Assembly (NCBI GenBank): GCA_963700635.1
Contig: CAVOYH010000004.1
Coordinates: forward strand, 448,001-512,000
Reading direction: 5' to 3'
Source of the DNA: an uncultured Bacteroidota bacterium
Lineage (GTDB): Bacteria; Bacteroidota; Ignavibacteria; UBA10030; UBA6906
Length of the DNA stretch: 64,000 nucleotides
Shown: positions 31,456 through 39,121 of the stretch, one piece after another
How positions within the stretch are numbered: position 1 is the first letter of the stretch
Layout: each line of letters starts with the position of its first letter
Translations under genes and position numbers: made by a program
Notes under the pieces: model-generated
Seen by the model: only the letters and a program-made list of their open reading frames with translations
Database searches by the model: none
What the model was told of the DNA's origin: nothing

Positions 31456-32334
31456 TCACTTTTCGGTTTCAGTCAGTGGTTGTGCGACTCTATGCGAGCG
31501 GACAGGATGGGCCGTCACCGAAATCTGTCGCGCCAACGTGCGCGCGACAAACATGGGGATCTCCAGAAACACTCGCTGCCATTTTGATGCGGGTTCATGC
31601 GTAAAACGGTATCCCCATTCAAGGCCGAGGTTCCTGATCCATTCGGGCGCCCGCGGTTTTTCGCCCGAGAGGAAATCAAACAACCCGCCCACGCCGATGC
31701 AGATTTTCGCGTGGAGGTCGGAACGATGGTTGGCGATCCACGTCTCCTGGGCAGGAGTGCCCATACCAACAAGGACTACATCGGGTGCGGCGTCGTTGAT
31801 GGCCCGGGCTACCTCCGCAGCAGTCTCTGCCGGGAAGTGCCCGTGTCGTGAGCCTGCGATGACAAGTCCCGGATACCGGGCAGCAATCGTGCTAATACAT
31901 TTTTCAAGGACCGGGGGTCGCGCACCGAGCAGGTACACAGATCCCCCTGCTGCGACCAGTTCATCGAGTATGCGCGGAACAAAATCAGTTCCGTTCAGAT
32001 TCTCCGATACCGGCTTCCCGGAGATCTTGCCGGCAAATGCCAGGCCTGACCCATCGGGGAGAACCAGATCGGCCTCCCGCAGAGCCTTGCGCAATGCATG
32101 GCTCTCGCGCGCCACATGGATACTGTGCACATTCACGAAGAAGATTGTTCGCGGGAGACGGAATTCAGATTCGGTCAGGTAGTGTCGTATGATGGAAAGG
32201 GCCGTTCCACTTGAGATATTATCAAAACAGACTCCGTCAACACAGAGCCGCTCGGTATCCGACAACGGTGCGGTCCGACGCTGATGTGCTCCCGGGGGCG
32301 TTTGACCCGGGGCGACGAGGCGGGTCGGCGTCAT
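31456..32334 (-). CDS. WecB/TagA/CpsF-family glycosyltransferase (GT26)
   Basis: FVNVH, ADLVLPDGSG, NLNGTDF, YLLGA, HGHF, VGMGTPAQETW, GVGGLFDF, RAPEW...LEWGYR..EP..KWQR. Confidence 0.93.
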   Translation of the reverse strand: MTPTRLVAPGQTPPGAHQRRTAPLSDTERLCVDGVCFDNISSGTALSIIRHYLTESEFRLPRTIFFVNVHSIHVARESHALRKALREADLVLPDGSGLAFAGKISGKPVSENLNGTDFVPRILDELVAAGGSVYLLGARPPVLEKCISTIAARYPGLVIAGSRHGHFPAETAAEVARAINDAAPDVVLVGMGTPAQETWIANHRSDLHAKICIGVGGLFDFLSGEKPRAPEWIRNLGLEWGYRFTHEPASKWQRVFLEIPMFVARTLARQISVTAHPVRSHRVAQPLTETEK

Positions 32335-33911
32335 CGGGAGCCACTCCCCGCCGGTGCTGATTCGCCCGTCCGGAGTTTCGTGGCGGCGTCCTGCTCAGTC
32401 TTGAGTGTGGCCTCCAGTACGGAAAACAATCCCATCAACGCACCCATATATGTCATGGTCCGGTACCGTACAAGATGAAGATCAAAATATGCGGCGACGA
32501 GTTGATTGATAACCGCGACAATAATCATGATACCCACAGCTTTTAAGTATGGGTTCTGCAGGTGTGAAACGATCATTGCTCCCCGGGCCCCGAAGATATT
32601 GATGAACAGCCAGAACAGGAGGAATCCGACTCCTCCGACCTTGACGAGGAGCCAGAGGATATTGTTATGAGCCATGTAATCCCGGAGTGCATAGTTGATC
32701 TTTACCAGCTCAAGCGGTTGGTAGTACTTCGTTCCGAATCCGATGCCGCCGACGGGGTAAAGGCGAACTGTGTAGGCAAGGTTGAAGTTCTCAATCTTGC
32801 GGTAGAGGTTCGAGTAGTAGTTGCGGTCCCCGAGTGTTGCGTAGTCATCCACGAACCCGGACCGAATCTGATTGAGGGGAGCCGCAAGCGGGCTGGCACT
32901 GCCCCAGAACACTGCTGCATAGATGCCTATGATGACGATCGCGGGCAGAGATCGTTTGATGACCTTTGTGAGTTTCTCCTTCGGCAGGAGGGCGGCAAAC
33001 GTGACAAGCGATGCGGCCAGGGACGCGAATGCGGCGCGTCGGTTGGCGGCATAGAATCCCAGAAGGAGTGGAACAAGCGCCCAGAACAGGGCGGTTCGTT
33101 GTACCGACCGTACGCCATTCGCCGCAAAAGCGAGCAGGAGAACCCACAGGGTGATAAAGAAAATGGGGTCTTCATGGGTAAGTAATGCGTCGTGCCCCCC
33201 CAGCGTGAATCCCAATCCGGCAAACCGGATTGTTCCTTCCAGAGCCTTGACGGTTATAGCGGCGATGACCACCCATACCACATTGCGCACCTGGTCAGGG
33301 GTGCGGATAATCTGTGCAAAAAAAGTATACACGATGAACAGGTAACCGAGCCCGCGGAGTTCCCAGAGGGCAGCAGTCATGTCCCCGCCGCGGCCTGACC
33401 CCGCGATAAAACCGAGCACAAGCCAGACGACAAATGCCAGAGCGAATGGCCAGGCCACCGGCCTGCGCAGGGGTGGCATGGTCCGGAACAGAAGTCCTGT
33501 TAACCACACGACAAACAGGAGGCCGAGATGGAGATCCATCGGGCTGAATGCAGCGACTTCAATGCGCGGGAGGTATGGAATGACATTGATGTTGTTGAAA
33601 TAGTTTGTCTTGTACGTCAGCGAGGTAAACTCGGGAACTTCAAACTGATCGATCAGAAGGACCGTTCCCAGGAAGATGTACAGCCCCCATTCAAGGCGGT
33701 AGAAGCTGAAAAAGACTACGCCAAGAAGGCAGACAAATCCGATTGCACCGATGGGGGTGTCACCTCCGAAAAGGATGAGACCTCCGATCAGTGTAGAGAC
33801 AACGATGGCGATAGCCAGTCCCGAAGCACGTGGAGATTGGCCGCGGTTCTTTGCTTCAAACCATGTCTCTTCAGAGGACAGTATATGGGTTCCCGAATCT
33901 GACATCATCAT
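32331..33911 (-). CDS. Wzy polymerase / O-antigen ligase family membrane protein
   Basis: About 12 TM helices, RRAA motif, periplasmic loop with R..E, GGIGFG, AHNNILWLLVKVG.VG. Confidence 0.8.
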   Translation of the reverse strand: MMMSDSGTHILSSEETWFEAKNRGQSPRASGLAIAIVVSTLIGGLILFGGDTPIGAIGFVCLLGVVFFSFYRLEWGLYIFLGTVLLIDQFEVPEFTSLTYKTNYFNNINVIPYLPRIEVAAFSPMDLHLGLLFVVWLTGLLFRTMPPLRRPVAWPFALAFVVWLVLGFIAGSGRGGDMTAALWELRGLGYLFIVYTFFAQIIRTPDQVRNVVWVVIAAITVKALEGTIRFAGLGFTLGGHDALLTHEDPIFFITLWVLLLAFAANGVRSVQRTALFWALVPLLLGFYAANRRAAFASLAASLVTFAALLPKEKLTKVIKRSLPAIVIIGIYAAVFWGSASPLAAPLNQIRSGFVDDYATLGDRNYYSNLYRKIENFNLAYTVRLYPVGGIGFGTKYYQPLELVKINYALRDYMAHNNILWLLVKVGGVGFLLFWLFINIFGARGAMIVSHLQNPYLKAVGIMIIVAVINQLVAAYFDLHLVRYRTMTYMGALMGLFSVLEATLKTEQDAATKLRTGESAPAGSGSR

Positions 33912-33933
33912 TCCGATCGCTGGTCCACCGGCA

Positions 33934-34116
33934 TCATGATCCGCCGCGCCCCGTGGGTGGCGCGTCCATGAGAAACATACTCACGATCACAATGAGGACT
34001 TCGATCAACACCGTGACGCCGATGACGAAGATTATTCCAGGGCCGATTCTTTGTGCATTCTTACCGAGCAGGACTGCCACGATGTAGCCGGCGAAGAGCG
34101 CTGCGAGAGAACTCAT
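33934..34116 (-). CDS. Small hydrophobic membrane protein (60 aa)
   Basis: Two hydrophobic segments. The ATG overlaps the upstream kinase stop (ATGA) and the ORF fills the operon gap. Confidence 0.55.
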   Translation of the reverse strand: MSSLAALFAGYIVAVLLGKNAQRIGPGIIFVIGVTVLIEVLIVIVSMFLMDAPPTGRGGS

Positions 34117-34961
34117 TCCGTCTTCCTTCGTGAAGCCCGCTTCCGCTCTGCTCCGTTGTACACAAATCCGAGTATCCTTCGCTCGTTGAGCAGCTGCAGG
34201 GCGTGGTCCAGATCCCCCTGCTTGGTCACTCCTCCGTGAACGACAAATAGCACACCATCCAGTTGGTTGGTGAAGAGGAGGGGAATGAGGTGTTCGCGAA
34301 CGGCCGGCATGTCAACGATCACGAAGCTGAAGACGCCTTTCAACGAGTAGAGCACATCCCGGAAGGCTGCGACCTGTTCGAGTTGAAGGGATGGTTCGAG
34401 ATTGTGATCTCCGTCGTCCATGACAGTGCTAAGGCCACCGGCAAGACGTCCGTTCGGAATGCCTGCGGTAAGAACGTAGAGGTCACTGATCGCCGTGCCA
34501 GCAACCTGGATAACGCCCCCGTCGCCGACCGCTTCCAGTAATCCCGGTCCGATGGACACATCAAACACCTCGTGGAGACGGGGTTTGTGTACATTCATGT
34601 CCACCAGGACCGTTTTACGCTGATAGGCGACGGTCAGCGAAATCGCCAGATTACTGGCCACAAGAGTTTTCCCCTCCCCTGCGTTGGCGCTGCTGACACC
34701 CACGGCAATGTTCATATCTTCGCCGCCGTTTGAGAGCAGGGCGTAATTGAAGGAGTCGTAGAATTGTGGCGAGACGATCTTCGCATCAACACGGCGTCCG
34801 GCATCGGGACGAAAGATCACAGGTCGGCGAAGGCGGATTAGTTCGGCGTGAGATTCCTTCGTGTCGCCTTGGTCTTCTCTATGGTGCGCGCGCATGCCAA
34901 TCGGATTCCGGGTTTCGTGCTTGGTTGTTTGGTCTAGTGAGATGGGGTCATTCATAATCAC
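34113..34961 (-). CDS. CpsD/CapB-like BY-kinase (P-loop) domain protein
   Basis: Walker A SSANAGEGKT, LVDMN..KPRLH, Walker B VIVDMP, DGVLFVV, LGFVYN. Confidence 0.85.
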   Translation of the reverse strand: MIMNDPISLDQTTKHETRNPIGMRAHHREDQGDTKESHAELIRLRRPVIFRPDAGRRVDAKIVSPQFYDSFNYALLSNGGEDMNIAVGVSSANAGEGKTLVASNLAISLTVAYQRKTVLVDMNVHKPRLHEVFDVSIGPGLLEAVGDGGVIQVAGTAISDLYVLTAGIPNGRLAGGLSTVMDDGDHNLEPSLQLEQVAAFRDVLYSLKGVFSFVIVDMPAVREHLIPLLFTNQLDGVLFVVHGGVTKQGDLDHALQLLNERRILGFVYNGAERKRASRRKTE

Positions 34962-36313
34962 GATCGATGGACTCCTTCGGGGATCAGGGCGATAATCGGC
35001 TTCTGATACACTTCAATCTCGCGCGGGGATCGGATTGTCGTATCAAGCAATTCCGCTGCGGCAGCCGCGAGGAGGCCGAGCATAAGTCCTGCAATCATAC
35101 CACCCGCAATGATAAGTGAACGTTTCGGTTTTGTGGGCTTGGTCGGCACACGCGCCGGGTCGATGATGATAAAGGCATTCTGGGCGTTCCTCCCGAGTTC
35201 TCTGGCAATCCGTGCCTGTTCGAGTTTTACACGCATGTCATTATAGAGCTGCTGGTAGAATGAATAGTTGGATTCTGTTTCCTTGTCGACCGTTTGTGAA
35301 ATAGAAGACGCGGTTATCACCTGCACCAGTTCGGCGCGTGATTTTTGTATATCCGACAGACGGGCCGTGAGGATGCTCATTTCTGATTGCAGGATGACAC
35401 GGGTGCGTTCCAGAAGGTCCAGAATGCGCGCTTCAAACCGTGTTACCTCTGGATGCTTTGGAGTGTATCGAACGGTAACACTGTCGTAACCGGCGGTCAG
35501 CGAACGCAGGTCTGCAGCATTGGCAATGTCAGCCGCCTCGAGCTGAGAAAGGGCTGCCCTGCCCCGTTCAGTCCGGAACGCCGCCGGGAACATGGCGATG
35601 TTCTGCAGTGCACGCTCCCTGTCCCGGATCCGTTCAGATGTTTCGCGCACCCGTTCGCTCATGATATCAAATCGTCCTGAAAATGACGTGGTTCCACCGG
35701 GCAATTCCTTGGATCTCTGCCGGAGCAGTGAGACCACGGAAGCCTGGGTTTCGCCGTACTTCTTTTCATATTCGTTCAGTTTGTTTTCAAAAAACTGGAC
35801 CGTATACTCATTCCGCTGAAACTCTGCGCGGAGCCGGGTCTGTATGAACATGTTGGCAAGCGTCGTTACCGCGCGCTGTGCGCGCACCGGGTCAGTGTCT
35901 GAAAAGAGCATGGTGAATGAATCCGATCCGCTTCGGTCGGTCCGGATGCTGGACTTTGTCCGGTCGATAAGCTCATCCCAGGCCGCCTGTGTTTCCACGC
36001 TGCCCCGCATTTCCAGGCTGTCCATAAGTGCCTCGATCGTCTGACGGCTGTACACAATTTCGTTAAAGGTCCGCAGCCTGTCTTCGGAAGCGAGCTGCAC
36101 GGCCATCGTGAAGCTGACGAGAGGGTTGAGAATCTCATCCCGCTGAACCCAGATCGTTGTGCTGGATTCATACCGGCGGGGGAGGAGGTACGCGCCGATG
36201 GTCGTGATAATGCTGACCAGAATAAAAGGAACAACAAGCCACACCTTGCGGCGGCGAAGCATTCCAAGCACCAGATGCATGCTAATTTGAGGGGATCGCA
36301 AGATTCTCTCCAT
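34958..36313 (-). CDS. Polysaccharide chain-length determinant / co-polymerase (Wzz/GumC-like)
   Basis: N-terminal TM, YESSTTI, DPVRAQ...N, coiled coil, IIDPARVP..P.KPKR, C-terminal TM, LLDTTIRS. Confidence 0.88.
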   Translation of the reverse strand: MERILRSPQISMHLVLGMLRRRKVWLVVPFILVSIITTIGAYLLPRRYESSTTIWVQRDEILNPLVSFTMAVQLASEDRLRTFNEIVYSRQTIEALMDSLEMRGSVETQAAWDELIDRTKSSIRTDRSGSDSFTMLFSDTDPVRAQRAVTTLANMFIQTRLRAEFQRNEYTVQFFENKLNEYEKKYGETQASVVSLLRQRSKELPGGTTSFSGRFDIMSERVRETSERIRDRERALQNIAMFPAAFRTERGRAALSQLEAADIANAADLRSLTAGYDSVTVRYTPKHPEVTRFEARILDLLERTRVILQSEMSILTARLSDIQKSRAELVQVITASSISQTVDKETESNYSFYQQLYNDMRVKLEQARIARELGRNAQNAFIIIDPARVPTKPTKPKRSLIIAGGMIAGLMLGLLAAAAAELLDTTIRSPREIEVYQKPIIALIPEGVHRS

Positions 36314-36340
36314 AGTGGTTACGATGATCGTTGACGATGG

Positions 36341-36357
36341 TGCAACGTGTGTGCCAA
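36341..36357 (-). promoter_or_regulatory. sigma54 -24/-12 promoter for the left EPS arm
   Basis: Minus strand reads TTGGCACACACGTTGCA, an exact match to TGGCAC-N5-TTGC. Confidence 0.85.
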
Positions 36358-36538
36358 GATGCTCGTACTGTTGATTCCCGCACGCATCGCGTACAATGGA
36401 GGGTCGGGGCGAGAAGGATAGGCGAAACCCGGGCGGAATTTTGTGCCGGGAGGGTACAGCAAATTATCGGGGTGTATCCAGAAGAGACACTCTTGCGCGC
36501 ACACGTTGTGAGAACGCCGGAAACACGGACATTCTGGA

Positions 36539-36555
36539 CAGGCACGGTTGTTGCA
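36539..36555 (+). promoter_or_regulatory. sigma54 -24/-12 promoter for the right EPS arm
   Basis: CAGGCACGGTTGTTGCA (GG-N10-GC), about 64 bp before the wza start. Confidence 0.8.
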
Positions 36556-36618
36556 AAGTCTTGTCCTGTCAAGAACGAGCCTCGTTCGGAACACACCGTT
36601 GTCTAATTACAGGAAGCC

Positions 36619-37326
36619 ATGAAGAGACACCACGTGCGCGGAATAATTCTCAGCAGTCTGGTTATGATCTTCTTCTGGGGATGTGGCAGCGACCAGTTGA
36701 TCACGAAGGATATTATGTCGTGGTCCGCCGAACGGAAGCGCCAGAATGAGGAATCGGAAGAATACGTTCTTCAACCGGGCGATCAGCTGGAAATTACGTT
36801 CGCGGGTTATCCGGAGTTTAATGTCTCGGAGGTCATCCGTGAAAATCAGCCGATCAAGATACCCCTGGTGGGTGAAATTACTGCGGAAGGGGTTACACGG
36901 GGACAACTTACGGAGCTGATTATCAAGCGGCTTTCCGGCTATGTGACTACCACGGTAGTCCCGACAATACGGATCAAGGGCGTTCTCGAGCAGAAAGTCA
37001 TTGTGCTGGGCTCGGTAACCGGACAGGGCACGTATACCGCAACTGCTCCGGTTTCACCCTTTCAAGCCCTCGCAATGGCTGGAGGGCCCTCTTCGAACGC
37101 CGACCTCCGGCATATCCGTGTGTTCCGGGGGGGAGATGCCGAGTCAACCATAGAAATTGATCTTTCGGCATCACTCTCCAGTTTGCCCGGCCGGAACGAG
37201 ACCCTGCCGCTCGTCTATCCAGGGGATCTTATTTATGTCCCGAAGGAAGAAAATGTGATCCGGGATTTTGCCGACCTCTTGCGTGACGTCATCGTCTTGT
37301 TCGGTATTTTCGCGATTATCCGATGA
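36619..37326 (+). CDS. wza: Polysaccharide export lipoprotein (Wza/OPX, Poly_export plus SLBB)
   Basis: Lipobox FWGC, YVLQPGDQL, IPLVGEI.AEG.T, VLGSV..QG, ALAMAGG...ADLRHI, PGDLIYVP, C-terminal amphipathic helix. Confidence 0.88.
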   Translation: MKRHHVRGIILSSLVMIFFWGCGSDQLITKDIMSWSAERKRQNEESEEYVLQPGDQLEITFAGYPEFNVSEVIRENQPIKIPLVGEITAEGVTRGQLTELIIKRLSGYVTTTVVPTIRIKGVLEQKVIVLGSVTGQGTYTATAPVSPFQALAMAGGPSSNADLRHIRVFRGGDAESTIEIDLSASLSSLPGRNETLPLVYPGDLIYVPKEENVIRDFADLLRDVIVLFGIFAIIR

Positions 37327-38252
37327 TCTCTTTGCGCCGACATATAGCATACATTATGGCCGCGGTGGGGGTCACGCTCTTCCTGTCAGCTGCTGCGCAG
37401 TCCCAGGCGCCATTCTACTACACCGTCCGTCCGCAAGGGCATGGGATGCGGGCTGCTGCACTGGCAGACGCATCGAGCGCTGACGCATCGAATGTGACCG
37501 GAATGTTCTGGAATCCGGCGAGCCTGTCGTTCCTGGGGAGCGGGGGCATCATCGGGACACACACACTGGATGTCAAAACCCGGCTGCAATCAGAATATCT
37601 TGCTGGCGTTGTACAGGTGGGACGTGGTCTTACCGTTGCCGCATCCGGAGTCTACGCACATGCCGGAAAACTGGAGCCCGAGGGGGGGCCCGTGGTCTCC
37701 CTGAAAGTATACGGTGCCGATCTCGCAGGGTCATATGCCATCCTCCCGACGCTGAGTGTCGGTGGACTGTTTGGAGCACGGAAGGCGGCCTTCGATGGTG
37801 AGTCCCGGACTATGGGTTGGGGGCAGATAGGGATGTTCTATTTTCCGTCACCGGGAATTTCCTATGGCATGGCGTACCGGGTAATCCGGGGATACACGTA
37901 TTGGTACGCGAATAATCAGAGCGGCGTGGAGCCGGAGCCCGATCTCATCCAGAACCTGGAAATCGGCGCCACAATGTCGTATCCCGCCCGTGCCGAACGG
38001 CCAATCGTGACACTTTCCTTAACGACAGAAAAAAGTTTTCCCGGGGTTTCCCTGTTCAGCACCAAGGGGGGGCTGGAAGTGCTGCCGACTCAGTTTCTCT
38101 CACTCCGCCTGGGGTTCAAGGTTGGAACTCTGGAGCGGGTTGCGCGGTATGGGTTCGGACTTCACTTCGGGAGGGTGCATGTAGATTTTGCGTCTGGTCC
38201 CAGCCGCGCAGAGAACCGTTTTTCGGGGGTATCACTGATGGTGAACTTATGA
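37323..38252 (+). CDS. PorV/PorQ-like outer-membrane beta-barrel
   Basis: Signal peptide, G.RAAALADA...MFWNPASL (PorV/FadL-type N-terminus), beta-strands, LSLRLG, GFGL...VDFA. Confidence 0.65.
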   Translation: MISLRRHIAYIMAAVGVTLFLSAAAQSQAPFYYTVRPQGHGMRAAALADASSADASNVTGMFWNPASLSFLGSGGIIGTHTLDVKTRLQSEYLAGVVQVGRGLTVAASGVYAHAGKLEPEGGPVVSLKVYGADLAGSYAILPTLSVGGLFGARKAAFDGESRTMGWGQIGMFYFPSPGISYGMAYRVIRGYTYWYANNQSGVEPEPDLIQNLEIGATMSYPARAERPIVTLSLTTEKSFPGVSLFSTKGGLEVLPTQFLSLRLGFKVGTLERVARYGFGLHFGRVHVDFASGPSRAENRFSGVSLMVNL

Positions 38253-39121
38253 CAGGCCTTGCCGAACGAAAACCGACAGACGACCGGTCATCCAACGATA
38301 GGGATGCGCTGCCATTGAGCTTTGCAGAAAAACACCCCAAACATGCCGTAGGATTTGCATTCGAATCCTCGACCAATCCTGTCATGCAGGACGCCCTCAC
38401 CACGATCAAGCGGATCGCCGCGAGCCACGTAAACGTGTTGATTACCGGGGAACACGGAACAGGGAAGGAGTGGAGTGCAAATATCATACATTCCACCAGT
38501 CCCCGCTCAGCCGGACGGTTGATAACGGTCGAGTGTGCCGCATTACCTGCGGAGCGTCTGGAGCGCGAGCTCTTCGGGCATGAAGCGATCACGTGGAAGG
38601 ATGTTGATATCAGTCCCGGTGCTTTTGAGAGGTCCAGTGATGGGACGCTCGTGTTGAACGAAATCGGACTTGTCCCCCCCACATTACTCATGCGTATTGC
38701 CAGGGCCGCAGAGTATCAGAGTGTGCGCAGGATCGCAGGAGAAATCGACATTGCCGTGAACGTGCGGCTCATTGCCACCATGAGTGTTCCGTCCCACTCC
38801 AATCCGTCCAGAGAGGGGTTGCCCGAAGAGGTACTTCATCGCCTGAGTCCCATACAGGTAGAACTGCTCCCTTTGCGGAAACGGCGTGAAGACATACCAT
38901 TGCTGGTCGGGGGTTTCCTTGCGGAAATACAACACAGGATGGGGTCGGCCTCCCTTCGTATCTCCGATGCGGCGCTGGAGACATGTCTGCAATTCGACTG
39001 GCCTGGGAACTTGCGCCACTTGAGAAACGCTATTGAATATGCATCAGTCATGAGTCAGAACGACACGATTCTCCCGGAGCACCTTCCGGCATACCTCTCC
39101 GGCACGGGCAGGAGGGGATGA
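38249..39121 (+). CDS. Stand-alone, degenerate sigma54-activator AAA+ domain
   Basis: VLITGEHGTGKE, VECAAL..E.LERELFGHE, VRLIAT, PLRKRREDIPLL, WPGNLRHLRN. No GAFTGA, no HTH and no receiver domain. Confidence 0.8.
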   Translation: MTGLAERKPTDDRSSNDRDALPLSFAEKHPKHAVGFAFESSTNPVMQDALTTIKRIAASHVNVLITGEHGTGKEWSANIIHSTSPRSAGRLITVECAALPAERLERELFGHEAITWKDVDISPGAFERSSDGTLVLNEIGLVPPTLLMRIARAAEYQSVRRIAGEIDIAVNVRLIATMSVPSHSNPSREGLPEEVLHRLSPIQVELLPLRKRREDIPLLVGGFLAEIQHRMGSASLRISDAALETCLQFDWPGNLRHLRNAIEYASVMSQNDTILPEHLPAYLSGTGRRG

